A stretch of 64,000 nt of DNA from a virus, in the IMG/VR virus record IMGVR_UViG_3300047160_027173, positions 66,240-130,239 of that record; one strand, given 5' to 3'. The translations under genes were made by a program, and so were the position numbers. The notes under the pieces were generated by a model, which was not told where the DNA came from, ran no database searches, and worked only from the letters and a program-made list of their open reading frames with translations. How positions within the stretch are numbered: the stretch's first letter is position 1; each line of letters starts with the position of its first letter. Positions 35,801 through 44,707 of the stretch are shown in pieces.

Positions 35801-35915
35801 CCTCGTCTGCCATGGCCTGACGGAGCTGGTCGACGCTGAGGCCGTTCCGCTTCAGGGCCACCATCCTCTTGAGGGGATCGTCGCTGTCAAGCCACGTGCT
35901 GTGATCGGGGGTCAT
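29805..35915 (-). CDS. 2036-aa polyvalent virion protein: HEAT-like, 2x zincin, 3x GNAT, ART-like, PI3K/PI4K/HipA-like kinase
   Basis: HETQH and HEDLH; three RxxG.[GA].A[LM]Y motifs; FKNWFG...VYHGT...G.YFT; LLKP...DRHGNN...LIDHG. Confidence 0.8.
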   Translation of the reverse strand: MTPDHSTWLDSDDPLKRMVALKRNGLSVDQLRQAMADEDPRVREMAVLHDDMTDGLLHEAIKHPDLATRQTALRHPGITEKHLDAVLHDPELREHVAGHPRITEAQKSYIVGDQLTGPALREELMKAVSTGIGYIHFPGLGQASPVEAMPSTAEQMSQRLRVRGQVHKDTNAGYTWGYTTMPNSPEPIAPEYKGYGAVYNVDHRGWHGTRSHETQHGVFKRLAQEFGGLGRRNVLGHLHAQLNDKEHAALNAIMSHPSINGHYPPDVLPEEKICYAQNYVGDPWFRKTVHQHLKLRTPERQYAFQALVRGAVQKMRSAAASLKSGDLGLQKSSQEDMLKAWVNTSAGGAFPALPHPGTRFTKIETFQPKLGLYHHVYHMPHFEEEGYTPMMHVISTKPSPFDQSGMVSSATVGTHKDINRLKEEHGVKVPLKGEAAQVHFSATSPGLRGHGYGHALYENMLRYHRGLVSDGEVSDDATRRWTKLHATPGYQGQLGERGNFKSPHWAHAGKSPELKPTSVIENPEHHPMFVLQQKHEGEELGKVSPPMSFPRLKITNRRESEIIDDPKQLYNSARRLFAADERYQVNANPVYGVAFDAESRADRAKSNASQMHAATKLGAPPMHGWSIRTGHSYQAGVMGPKLARVTPDEVRSNLQHEDLHGVFSLVERKYGRKARTLLASRLLQAMPKSHLHAIESFHHHQAGDWYKQNTPSAFDEEKLASLVNYMNSAKERERYHADHTETEARIHDNTLKRAYKQLMAHSRRVSEKWLDPREEISEVKEAMQKAFSPKAVRTPKPRQQGPSPMGVGGPEFKNWFGESKITHPKTGAPLRVYHGTTHDFTRFGASRANPENFWGGGHYFTDSAEDVNANYATRTGQDLKNRVQQEVERSEHVAESPQEARELKRQVKQKLVGPAPRVIPAYLRMKNPLMLTKEGGTQFSIDVDDDGNETGNGVDLHDAIHRVAPMYGADGKKIWDDVHSNHGDDMASGGAHASHVMDTLRDSVNMNDVTDDEGRLMGGEFAAEVAREMGHDGIVHDADRFSGMKGTQGARHYITWDPASIKGVYNKTWDPTSNEYHKVEGDENNPDEVHDWDQPIPNQRELGMQSIQRMKDAGKKQRALDFMDYVDGKIEKRPSIEPELERHLGGFGIVDPQGYPFDEGGYDLDKPLPGKRSKGGQVPDALAESKRQRSWADYHLPYQKSEDLDKTVLDPDAGYTFAHESFPGDENAEWMGHRPSTIVTAHHGGRQIGRASVYHSPGGLMTAEVVRVEPEHRRRGVASAMYAHAEKVTGRKMVPSSNRTPEGEALWAGNTQFGKSESLEKMALVHDSAEKPMVVYRVQDSRGRGPYEADVLPNSFRKPRRFGDRQSRPVPQQAFSEVGGVMEPVFPDTNVRFGFEKPEHAEQWFGKKLLADLATKGFQVVPVKARKVYRADNRNILLANPQAMFVPHEDVQKSEDLEKMAIADLKPGRKTMVPGNVAWVHHDYSHLLPAAERKNYRMVLSTRAHPESDGWYYADHKVRLFKGRAPIQQYDEPVGKVEGHTNSGNLPSGGVGPFLGIEFARLANDHRRKGLGLAMYEALMTHAYHKHGARTVVGEDHSTAAHGVHEALARKHGMKYSAETNVDPRFHDEADFDDARGHYNYAMKAEQPMHKFEDQMQAVAAAQGGASTIHGPLCRAAAFLSGKLIDENRFRQALALDLEPAEAALKAAGLEPTPDTLKAIWALVEIQNQEGLNKGEGDHTVSARDPRSQPLADELVEAMDRGDDRPVQFKGKHTGGMQIVRVEDGKQWLLKPGSGNLSPAAGVREETASQSSREGAFYEVADAWGLGQWLPVTHVLEVDRQETAVMELLPLDWMNMEKLRDQNPHQLQNIIEKLKAEGTLYKWAVLDMVLGSPDRHGNNLMVGTEEDGFPVKLIDHGSTFAGDAFDPSHDASSFIPFYLRATAGKRWKTMTNQERLAVMPTANLAEDDDLQQWVESLDPKVLVDVLSKYGIRAEPSLKRLGWLKSQVGRVENLSREVNKFWVGLSGFRAWKEAHPQ

Positions 35916-35938
35916 TCCGGAACTTAGATTGCCCGGAT

Positions 35939-36217
35939 TCAGTCGCCGCGAAGCGTAGTGCGGATGCGGTCGAGGATCTCGTCGCGGAGCTTCTCGATGC
36001 GCTCCAGGACGTCCTTCGCATCACGACAGTGCCTGCAGCCACAGCCGCGCTTGCGGAAGAGCTGGTGGCCGTGCATGACACAGTAGTCGATGTCTCGATG
36101 GAAGGCGCATGCGTCGCAGAGCGCGTGCACCTCACCGTGGCGACTGCATTCGATACAGCGGCGGCTGGCGTTGCTGACTCGACCACAGCCGCAGTGCAGC
36201 GTCATGTTGTCTGTCAT
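35939..36217 (-). CDS. Cys/His-rich small protein
   Basis: Multiple CxxC; GAATCT 8 nt upstream. Confidence 0.5.
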   Translation of the reverse strand: MTDNMTLHCGCGRVSNASRRCIECSRHGEVHALCDACAFHRDIDYCVMHGHQLFRKRGCGCRHCRDAKDVLERIEKLRDEILDRIRTTLRGD

Positions 36218-36834
36218 CAGTGACTAGATTCGGCCTGGACAAACTCCAGCTCTTCGCCACGCGCGGGCCAGGCCATGCCGGTCTTCGGCTGGTACCCGTG
36301 GGGGTAACTCATGTTCATGTACTTACCCACGTAGGCGTCGGCACGGATGTCGGCCTCGCTGGCATCCTCCGCGGCGCCATCCCCCCAACGCCAGGCAAAA
36401 ATCGAACGGGGCAGGCCGAAGTGACGCTTCATCCGCTGGAAGCCGGTGCTGGCGACCTCGTTGTAGAAGGCGACGTCCGTCCGGAGCTTCTCGAAGAAGG
36501 TGTCCTGGTCCAGGCCCGGGTAGCGCATGCGGAGGATGGGGCTCTTCTGGTAGAAGCCCCAGGCCGTGCTGGGCTTGAGGCCGAGGTGGCCGAGGGCCGT
36601 GTAGAAGGGGCCACGGATGCTGGGCTCGTGGTTGACGTGGAGGCCGTTGTTCGACTCCAGGTGGCTGATACCGTAGAGGTCCGGCGTCAGGGCCGTCTGT
36701 ACGGTCACCAGGAACGGCGAAGGCGAGAAGGGCAGCTCCGGGAGGGGGGCGGCGGGGATCGCCCTTCCTGCGGGCGCGTAGGCCCTCGCGGGCAACGCGA
36801 GGACGACCAGCACGAGGAGGCGCAAACTCTGCAT
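36217..36834 (-). CDS. Lysozyme-like/SLT-family protein with signal peptide
   Basis: ISHLESNNG...LGHLGLKPSTA...AW.WG.G...YV.KY. Confidence 0.6.
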   Translation of the reverse strand: MQSLRLLVLVVLALPARAYAPAGRAIPAAPLPELPFSPSPFLVTVQTALTPDLYGISHLESNNGLHVNHEPSIRGPFYTALGHLGLKPSTAWGFYQKSPILRMRYPGLDQDTFFEKLRTDVAFYNEVASTGFQRMKRHFGLPRSIFAWRWGDGAAEDASEADIRADAYVGKYMNMSYPHGYQPKTGMAWPARGEELEFVQAESSH

Positions 36835-36887
36835 GGACCAAGCCTAAGCCTGGTCCCCAGGTCAATGCAACTCCGGGGATGGGTGAA

Positions 36888-38360
36888 TTACGCCTTGGGT
36901 GTAACTTCGAGGGCGTGCAGCTGCTTGTGCCCCAGGGCCCGGGCTGCCTCCAGGCGGTGGTTGCCGTCCAGTAGCCTCCAGCCCTCGCCGGAGCGCTGGA
37001 CGACGACAGGCGGGAGCTTCTCGCCGGCACCGAGCATGCGCCGGTAGAGCTGGAGCCGGGGGCGGTTGACGGCCATGTTCGTGCCCAGGCCGGGCTGCTC
37101 GACGTCGATCATCGTCGGCTTGAGCCGGGTGTGCTCGCCACCGGCGAAGGCGTCGGCGATGCCCTGGACGAACTTCTTGTTCCAGGTCCGGCGCTCGGGG
37201 GTTCCGGCGACGGGGATGCGGAGCCCGTCCTGGCTGCGCCAGTGCTGGGCGGCCTCGGCCTTGACGAGGGGGTTCATGGCGCGCTCGATGATGATCTTAG
37301 CCCGGTGACTGGGCCTGCCGCCAGGAGTCTGAAAGCCGCACCCACGGCCCTGCTCGTATGGCGGCTGCTCCTGGAACTGGTCCGCGGTGGGGTCGATGAT
37401 GTGCCCGCTGGCCTTGTGCCGGAGGAACCAGTGCGTGCTGCCCTCGTGGTGGACGTAGTGAGGGACGTAGGGGCCGCTGGTGCCTCCCAGTAGGTGGTAG
37501 ATGGCCTCGGTGGCGGCGCTGCAGTGGCCGTGGAGCCGGTTCGGGTGGCCCTGGTACTCGGGGCGGCGAAGCTCGTCGCTGAGGCTGTCCTGGATGCGCC
37601 GGACCAGCTCGGCCTGGTGAGGGTCGAAGGGGGCAGGCTCCAGGCTCTTTTTCATGCTGGCCATGGGAGCGCCGTGGAGGTTGGCTCCGAAGGTGCTGGC
37701 GTGCTCCAGGGCACCCTCGTGGGTGGCGGCGACGAGGTGGCTCTTGGGCTGCTTGTTCTCGTCCAGCCAGGTGCAGCGCCAGTGCTGGCGGTTGTGCGGG
37801 TCCCGGCCGACGATGGCGAAGCCCTGCAGGCCCAGGTTCCAGGCGCTGCCCGAGGTGGTGGTGGCAAGCTCGGCGATACGGGCCTTCCTCCGGGTCCGCT
37901 TCTCGGCCTCGTTGGCGAAGAAGTCCGGGTCCGCCTTCCTGAAGTGGGTGTCGATGGTCTTGCCGTGGGGGACGCCGAGCAGCTCCAGGACGACGTTCGG
38001 ACAGTCGCGGAGGTCGTCACGAATCTGCGCCGGAATCTGGCCCGGGTCTACCCAGCGGAACTCGACGAACTCGCCGTCGGGGTCCTGGCTGGCGTCGGGC
38101 TCACCGGCTACGAGACACTTGAAGGCCCAGACGCTGATGCCGGGGTCGGAGCCACGGGCCGAGCCCAGGTACTCCATGTCGATGCTGATGAGGCCGGTCT
38201 CTTCCTGCAACTCGCGCTTGGCGGCGTCGAGGGGGTTCTCACCCTCGTTGAAGTGTCCGCCCGGCAGGCACCAGCCGCGGCCGTCACCGCGGAGACCGAA
38301 GAGGAGCTGGCCGTCGTCGTTGAAGGCGGCCACAGCGGCCACTCGGTCGAAGAGCTTCAC
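36888..38360 (-). CDS. Polyprotein: NUDIX + unknown + papain-like + ParB-like modules
   Basis: Nudix box PGGHFNEGENPLDAAKRELQEETG; GHCSAATEA...HWFL...DPTADQF; PPVVV...LLDGNHRLEAA. Confidence 0.8.
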   Translation of the reverse strand: MKLFDRVAAVAAFNDDGQLLFGLRGDGRGWCLPGGHFNEGENPLDAAKRELQEETGLISIDMEYLGSARGSDPGISVWAFKCLVAGEPDASQDPDGEFVEFRWVDPGQIPAQIRDDLRDCPNVVLELLGVPHGKTIDTHFRKADPDFFANEAEKRTRRKARIAELATTTSGSAWNLGLQGFAIVGRDPHNRQHWRCTWLDENKQPKSHLVAATHEGALEHASTFGANLHGAPMASMKKSLEPAPFDPHQAELVRRIQDSLSDELRRPEYQGHPNRLHGHCSAATEAIYHLLGGTSGPYVPHYVHHEGSTHWFLRHKASGHIIDPTADQFQEQPPYEQGRGCGFQTPGGRPSHRAKIIIERAMNPLVKAEAAQHWRSQDGLRIPVAGTPERRTWNKKFVQGIADAFAGGEHTRLKPTMIDVEQPGLGTNMAVNRPRLQLYRRMLGAGEKLPPVVVQRSGEGWRLLDGNHRLEAARALGHKQLHALEVTPKA

Positions 38361-38385
38361 GGGTGCCTAGATTGCACCCGACGCG

Positions 38386-38688
38386 CTACGCGAAGTGGCG
38401 CTTGACGGCCCGGTGCCAGGCCATGTAGCGGTCCAGCTCCGTGCGCGCCTCGGGCGCGTGCAGCACGAACCAGCCCTCGCGGGGCAGGCTGGGCTCACGG
38501 GGACGGCGGGGAGCGGCGACCACGAGGGCCGACCACTCCGCGGGGAGCACGTCGAGGGCGGCGTTGAGCCGCGGGCTGCGTGCGTTGGTGTTGAGCACTC
38601 GCGCGGCGCGAGCGTAGGTGGCGGGCCGCGGGTGAGCCTGTAGCCAGGCCAGGAGGAGAGCTGCGTCTGCTGCGGGGGTTGAGTTCAT
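38386..38688 (-). CDS. Hypothetical early protein
   Basis: Start MNSTP, 7 nt after the TACAGT -10 box. Confidence 0.5.
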   Translation of the reverse strand: MNSTPAADAALLLAWLQAHPRPATYARAARVLNTNARSPRLNAALDVLPAEWSALVVAAPRRPREPSLPREGWFVLHAPEARTELDRYMAWHRAVKRHFA

Positions 38689-38695
38689 GTAGGAG

Positions 38696-38724
38696 ACTGT
38701 AGCAAGTCTCCCGACGTTTGTCAA
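38696..38724 (-). promoter_or_regulatory. Sigma70 promoter
   Basis: TTGACA-N17-TACAGT. Confidence 0.75.
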
Positions 38725-38735
38725 CCGCCCAGTGA

Positions 38736-39572
38736 TTACAGGGTGCTGGCGAAGATGCGCATGCCGTAGAGGGCGCGAATCTCGCCCATCAGGCGCCTGC
38801 GCTGCTCTTCGAGCTGGGTCAGGCGGGGACCGTAAATCTGCGGGCCGGGACCGCTGACGCTCTGGCTGAGGCCGTCGGCGCCGAGGCTGTGACTGTTCAC
38901 CCGGTAGAGGGCGCCGAGCATGCCCAAGATTTCCATGGCGGCGAGCACACCGATGTAGTCGTTGACGGCGCGGGGGATGTTGCCGTTCGGGTAGCCGCTG
39001 ACGTACTCGACCTGCCACCAGGCCGGAATCCAGGCCTTGTTACCGAGAATCTGCAGGAAGGCGGCGCCGCCCGAGGACTGCTGGGGGATGTACGTGCCCT
39101 GGACGAAGGCCACCGTCAGGGGGATGATGTTGATCTGGCCGCGGGTGAGGTAGTTGGTCTCCACCCAGTCCAGGGGGACGACGTAGACGTCGAGGTCGTT
39201 CGAGGGGGTGACGCTGAGCTTGACCAGGGAGCTGACCGGGCGGTGGCTGAGCGCGAAGTAGCCCAGGGCCTGGTACATGTTGATGTCGAAGGCTTCCTTC
39301 TGGCGGCGCTGCACGGGGAAGATGTCGATCTTCAGGTCTTCCTCGGCGCGGTCGACGGCGCCGTTGATGATGTCCGTGATCTGGTCATCGTTCATGATGG
39401 CCCGTTGCCGGGTCACGGGGTCGATGAGCGGAGAGGCCAAGGGGATGCCGAACAGGAACCGGGTCTTGAGCTGGGCCGGAGTGAGGAGGCCCTCAAGGTA
39501 CTTGCGCTGGGTCTGGGTCGCGTTCTCCGGGAAGACCGCGCCCTGCGTGAACTTGCTGTTGTTCGGATCCAT
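38736..39572 (-). CDS. Head-tail adaptor/neck protein
   Basis: FLFGIPL...AE..L.I...HRPV...P..W.VEY.SG...S.SL..DGLSQS; pattern typical of Herelleviridae-like adaptors. Confidence 0.7.
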   Translation of the reverse strand: MDPNNSKFTQGAVFPENATQTQRKYLEGLLTPAQLKTRFLFGIPLASPLIDPVTRQRAIMNDDQITDIINGAVDRAEEDLKIDIFPVQRRQKEAFDINMYQALGYFALSHRPVSSLVKLSVTPSNDLDVYVVPLDWVETNYLTRGQINIIPLTVAFVQGTYIPQQSSGGAAFLQILGNKAWIPAWWQVEYVSGYPNGNIPRAVNDYIGVLAAMEILGMLGALYRVNSHSLGADGLSQSVSGPGPQIYGPRLTQLEEQRRRLMGEIRALYGMRIFASTL

Positions 39573-39575
39573 GAG

Positions 39576-39998
39576 TTAGTAGGCCGGAGGACAGCTGGCG
39601 GGCTCGACCCGGAGAGCCTGGCTGACGAATCCCGTCTTGAGCACGGGGCCGGGCTCGGTGAGACGGAGGCGGAGGCTGAAGGTGCCGCCGTTGGGGAAGT
39701 CCGCGGGGCCGAAGGTCACCTGCCAGATGCTGGCGTCGAGGGCGCTGGGCTGGGTGGCGAACTTCGTCAGGCTGTAGCTGCTGTCGACGCTGACGACGTC
39801 AACCTGGAGCAGGGACGTGGCCGGGGGGCAGTAGCGGAGGCCGCTCGGGTACCAGCGGTCCGTGGGCAGGAGCACGCTGGCGTCATCCAGCTGCAGGGTG
39901 AGGACGAAGTCAGAGCCAGCGCTGGCCTGGGCCGCGCGAGCATATTGAAAGACGTTGACCGAGGCAAACGCCTCAAGAACACGGGCAGAGAGAATCAC
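39576..39998 (-). CDS. Late structural protein
   Basis: CAATCT 7 nt upstream of the GTG; co-oriented with the adaptor gene. Confidence 0.6.
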   Translation of the reverse strand: MILSARVLEAFASVNVFQYARAAQASAGSDFVLTLQLDDASVLLPTDRWYPSGLRYCPPATSLLQVDVVSVDSSYSLTKFATQPSALDASIWQVTFGPADFPNGGTFSLRLRLTEPGPVLKTGFVSQALRVEPASCPPAY

Positions 39999-40015
39999 GG
40001 AGCCTAGATTGTAGG

Positions 40016-42131
40016 CTACTCGTCCTCGTCCTTGGGCTCGGCCGGGAGGGCCCGGAGGTACTGGATGAAGGCTCCGACGGCGCAGATGCCGGCGACGGCC
40101 ATCTGCATGTGGGCGGCGTCGACGAAGCCGTGAGCCAGGTCAAACTCGATGAGGATAACGTTGATGAAGAAGCAGACCGTGCAGATCCAGAAGCTAATGT
40201 CAAGCCAGTTCTTGACGATCCACTTCACGGCATTCTCGTGTGGTCGCGGAGCTGCCGGACCTCGTCCTGGGCTTCCTGGAGCTTCTCCCGGAGCCAGTCG
40301 ACCTCGTCCTGGAGCTTCTTCAGCTGGCCGAGGATCTCCAGCTCGCCCAGGCTCTTCTCCTGGGGCGGCGGCCAGGGGAAGCCGGTGGGCTCGTAGGGGA
40401 CGACGGGCTTGTTGCTGGGCGGGGCCGGGTTGACAGTGATCTGCCAGGCGTAGCCGGTACCGGAGCAGGCCTGACACATCATGTACGTGAGGACGTCTAT
40501 CGTCGAGCCCGCGTTGGGGTACGTGTACCTCTGAGTCTGGGTGATCTGACCCTTGCCCTGGCAGAAGGCGCAGGAGCCGTAGACGTACTGACCGCCGTGG
40601 GTGTTTGAAGTTGAAGACATGGGCTACCTTGCCGAACAGACCTTGCGGCTGTCGTCCTTGCTGTACTCGCACTCCCAGACGTTGCCGTCGCTGTCCTGGC
40701 AGTGCTCGAAGAGGGTGCCGTCATCGCGGCGGAACTTGGTGCAGCTGACCGTGTCCCACCTGCCGCGCCGGCACTCGACGGTCTGCTGACCGGCCTCGCT
40801 GTTGTCGACGGTGCACTTGTACTGGCGCCCGGCCGCGCAGCCCATCAAGGACATGAAGAGTAGCAAGGCCTTCATGACAGATCCACGCGCCTCCAGCGGA
40901 CGATGAAGCGGCCTTCGTTGCTGCCTTGATAGAGCCCGCAGCAGTCGCAGCTACCGGCGGCCTCATTCACGTCCCCGACCAGGAGCTTGCTACCGTCGTC
41001 CAGCCCGAGGAGCACGCCAACCTCCCAGGGGAACGTGCGGTCGTCGCCGTAGTCGGCGTCGTCCAGCGGGTACGGCGGGTCTACCGGGGTCCAGTCACTC
41101 ATCTCTGCTCCGTCGGGAACAGGTGGGGGCTGGCGTTGAGGGCGGCGGCCAGGGCCATCTGCCAGGTCGCGGACTCCACGACGGCGAGGGTCTGGCTGCC
41201 CTGGATGACGATGAGCTTGCCCGGGTGGTAGAGGACGCGGATGCCGGGGGCGCCCTTCTGGGCGAAGTACTCGACGGCCTGCTCCAGGCTGCGGAAGCTG
41301 CGGTCAATGAACTGCCAGGGCGTGAGCTTGCCCTGGCTGGCGGTCGACAGCGGGACGTAGTTCGGGCGCAGCTTGCAGGCTCCCCGGACTCGCTGCATCT
41401 TCTGGCGCTTCGTTCTGGCCTCGGTCACAGCACTTCTCCGATCAGGCGGCCCTCACCGAACTCCCCGGGGGCCGAGTCAACGAGGAATTGTAGCAGACTG
41501 ATGGTTCCCGGTCCCCAGCTGTCGGTGTCCAGCTGCCAGGTCGGGCGCAGGTAGACGGCCTTGTCGACCTCGACGTCGAGGCGGACGCTGGACTCGTAGT
41601 CGAGGACGGCGTGGACCTTGAGCAGGCTCTGGTCGGGGTAGCGCTCGACGCGGGCGAAGCCCAGGAGCTTGTCCCCGTCCCGGACCGGCACGAGCATCGT
41701 CAGCAGGACCAGAGACCACTCGTCGCCGGGCAGGCGGATGGTGGTCTGGGCCCGGAAGAGCTTGGCCGGGGGCTCGGGGACGATGAGGTCAGGGTCGGTC
41801 ATGCCTGTGCCGGTGGTTGGTTGGTCTGGTAGAGGTCGATGTCGGCCCCGACCAGACCCAGCTGGAGGAGCCGGTAGGCGAGCTTAACGAGCAGCTCGGC
41901 GTAGTGCTTGTCGGCCTTGGCCTGGAGGAACTGGATGCCGCCCGGGTCGAAGTAGGTGGGGTCGCAGCGGTTCAGGAGCGCGCAGGCCCTGGTGACCTGG
42001 TCCAGCTGCAGGTACTCGTAGCTGAGGCAGACGAGGATCTTGTGGTGGTCGTCGTCGGTAATCTGGCCCCGGGCCTTCATGCGGTCGGCGCTGTCGAGGT
42101 ACTCCTGAATCTCGTCGTGGGTCTGGTGCAT
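40016..42131 (-). other. Run of ~7 small coupled hypothetical genes (membrane protein 40016-40228, CxxCxGxG Zn protein 40225-40620, lipoprotein 40624-40875, 40872-41102, 41099-41428, 41425-41802, 41799-42131)
   Basis: Overlapping start/stop codons and phage-like codon usage. Confidence 0.6.
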
Positions 42132-42132
42132 G

Positions 42133-42762
42133 CTACCTAGGTTCCCGCCAGCCCATGGCCTCGGCGACGACGGGCAGCTCATTGCTGAGCAGGTCCTGGA
42201 CCTGCAGAGCAAGCTGCCGGTGCTCCAGCTGGGCGCTGGGATGGGTCCTGGCCTTGAGGTAGTGGATCCAGGAGCGGATGGTGCCGTTCATGTACAGGGT
42301 CGTCTGGGTGTTCAGCGGCAGCAGCATGCGGGCGCACTCCTTGGCGACGCCCTGCTCGATGGCAGCATCGTAGTACTGCTTGGCCAGGGCCCAGACTTCC
42401 TCCTGCCAGATGGCGAAGTTCATCTTCGTCTCGTGGGGGAGGTCGTCGATGCTGTTCTGCCGGTTCTTGTCGTCCTGACGCCGGGCCTCAGTGCTGACGT
42501 AGGTCGTGGGCTCGGCGTAGCGCTGGCTGAACTCCTGGAAGTTGAAGCTCCGGTGGCGGAGGATCTGGGCGGCGATGGCTCGGCTGGTGGTGATCTCCAC
42601 GACGGCGTTGGCCATCTCGAAGACTGACCAGTGGCCGTGCTCGGCGCAGTACCGGAGCAGCTTGCTGACGTCCGGGTTGTCCTGGTTCTTCGGATTGGAG
42701 ACACGGGCGCAGTAGCCCATGGTCTGCTCCGCATGGGGGGTGATGCTAACGAGACGGACCAT
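42133..42762 (-). CDS. thyX: Flavin-dependent thymidylate synthase
   Basis: MVRLVSITP...CARVS...GHWSVFE...SRAIAAQILRHRSFNFQEFSQRY...ECARMLLP...AQLEHR. Confidence 0.95.
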   Translation of the reverse strand: MVRLVSITPHAEQTMGYCARVSNPKNQDNPDVSKLLRYCAEHGHWSVFEMANAVVEITTSRAIAAQILRHRSFNFQEFSQRYAEPTTYVSTEARRQDDKNRQNSIDDLPHETKMNFAIWQEEVWALAKQYYDAAIEQGVAKECARMLLPLNTQTTLYMNGTIRSWIHYLKARTHPSAQLEHRQLALQVQDLLSNELPVVAEAMGWREPR

Positions 42763-43171
42763 CACTGGGCCTTGTCGTACTTGGTCCAGCAGGCCACACA
42801 CCCGCAGGTCGGCGCTCGGATGGCCTGGTACTTGCGGCTGCTGCCGCAGTCCTTGCGGTAGGCGCGGCCCTTGGTCTTGGCCAGGATGGTTGGCGCGCGG
42901 ACGGCCTCGGACTGGTCCTGGACGATGATGAGCTTCTCGCCGTTCATGATTCCGATCATGACTCCTCCCGGCGGAAGATTCGGTCCTCGCGGGGGCCGCG
43001 GTCCTGACGCCGCCTGCGGGCCTTGGCCTTGACGTAGGCCTTTTCCCTCTCGGCATGTTCCTTGGCTTGGCCGGCGAAGGACCAGCACTCCCAGAAGACA
43101 CCCGACAGACAACCGGGACAACGACCACGCTTCGCATCGTCAAGGATCGAGTTTTTCGCCATGGACTGGAC

Positions 43172-43597
43172 TTAACTGCGGGCCAGGGCGGCTGCCACGT
43201 GCGCCACCCAGCGCAGCGCGGGGTCGACGCCCAGGCCCAGAACCAGCCAGTACGGCAGGTAGCGCCAGTTCACCGTGCCCCAAAGCAGGGAGCCCGGCCT
43301 GGGCCTGTAGTCCCAGGGCACCACGCCCAGGAGGAACCTCAGGGCCATGCCGGAGACGAACTCCAGGCCGTAGATGGCCGCCGTCCACTCCAGGGGCCGG
43401 TACCAGGCGTGAGTCAGGTGCCGGGCGACCAGCTCGAAGGCCACGCCGCCGGCAGCCCAGACCACGGGCATCCAGAGGTAGCTCCGGGTCGGTGCCCTCT
43501 TGTCCCCTTCGAGGACGGCCGAGAGCCCGGTGAAGAGGTTCTCCACGAGCATGCCCAGGAGGCCGTAGAGGAGGGCTCGGAGAATCACGGGCCGCAC
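43172..43597 (-). CDS. CmpB/TMEM229-like membrane protein
   Basis: YGLLG..VE..FT...SYLWM...IY.LEF.SG...PWDY...G.V...Y.PYW. Confidence 0.65.
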   Translation of the reverse strand: MRPVILRALLYGLLGMLVENLFTGLSAVLEGDKRAPTRSYLWMPVVWAAGGVAFELVARHLTHAWYRPLEWTAAIYGLEFVSGMALRFLLGVVPWDYRPRPGSLLWGTVNWRYLPYWLVLGLGVDPALRWVAHVAAALARS

Positions 43598-44044
43598 TCC
43601 TCGAAGCTGACGGGCTTGTGGCGGTTCAGGTAGAGGCGGACCTTGGAGATCAGCTCCCGGGGCAGGCCGTGGTCGGCGAGCAGCTCGGACCAGTCAGCCA
43701 GCGGGCACTCACCGAAGCCCTTGTCGTTGGCGTGACCGACGACGAAGATGCAGGGGTCAGAGTAGATGTTGAGACCGTCCTCACGGACGTGCGGGAGGAC
43801 CTCGATGGCGCCGGCAGCGTCGGTCCGGTGGGTGACCTCCATGAGGTCGCAGAGGCCGTTGACGCCAGCCGAGCACAAGCGGACGACGCCGAGGTGGTCG
43901 CGGAAGGCCCGGAGGTCGGAACGACGGCAGAGGGCGGCTTCGATTCTGGTCACGAGCAGTGAATCGGCTCCAAGATTGGACCGAAGTTCAGCGACGTGTT
44001 TCCCGAGATCAACCAGCACCGCGCCCTCGCTGCCGTGTGAGCTT

Positions 44045-44236
44045 CTAGATTGCGCTCTCGTCTTCGTCTGGAAAGTAGCCAAGACCATCGCAGTCGGGGC
44101 AGCGGCTGAGCCCAGAGCCCGCGCAGTCATCACAGGACTCGCGCCCGGCCACGGTATCGATGAATCCGTGCCCCCGGCAGGTGCTGCAGTCGTCTCCGCT
44201 GTACCCGGTACCGGCGCACTTCTCGCAGCTGGTCAC
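44045..44236 (-). CDS. DnaJ-type CxxCxGxG zinc-finger protein
   Basis: Four CxxCxGxG repeats. Confidence 0.65.
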   Translation of the reverse strand: MTSCEKCAGTGYSGDDCSTCRGHGFIDTVAGRESCDDCAGSGLSRCPDCDGLGYFPDEDESAI

Positions 44237-44707
44237 TCGACAGACCTCGGCAGGGAGTCGACGTAGCGCCGCCAGACCTTGTCGGTGTCGCTGTCGGGCT
44301 TGACCATGAGCAGGCGCTCGTTGAACTCGAAGATGACGGGCTTTTTCTTCTTCTTGGCCAGGGTCAGGGCCTCTTCAAGGACCTGGGGCAGGAATCCCCA
44401 ACGGCAGGTGATGAAGATGGCGGCCTTGGGATCGACCAAGGACTCCAGGTCAGCCTTCTTCACGGCGTCTCCACGGGGCGGAGCTGGTCGAGAGGGACCA
44501 TGCGCTCCACGGTGACCACGTACGTGGGCAGGTAGAGGATGGGCTCCGGTCCGCCGGCCGCGTACTTGACCTGGACGGCCTTGGCGCCGCGGTCCTGTTC
44601 GACGGACTCGGTGCTGACGACCTTGCCGCGGGCCCAGGCCGGGACGATGACCTGGTCATCGGGCAGGAGGGCGGTGACACGACGATTCAGGATGGTCTTG
44701 ACGAGTT

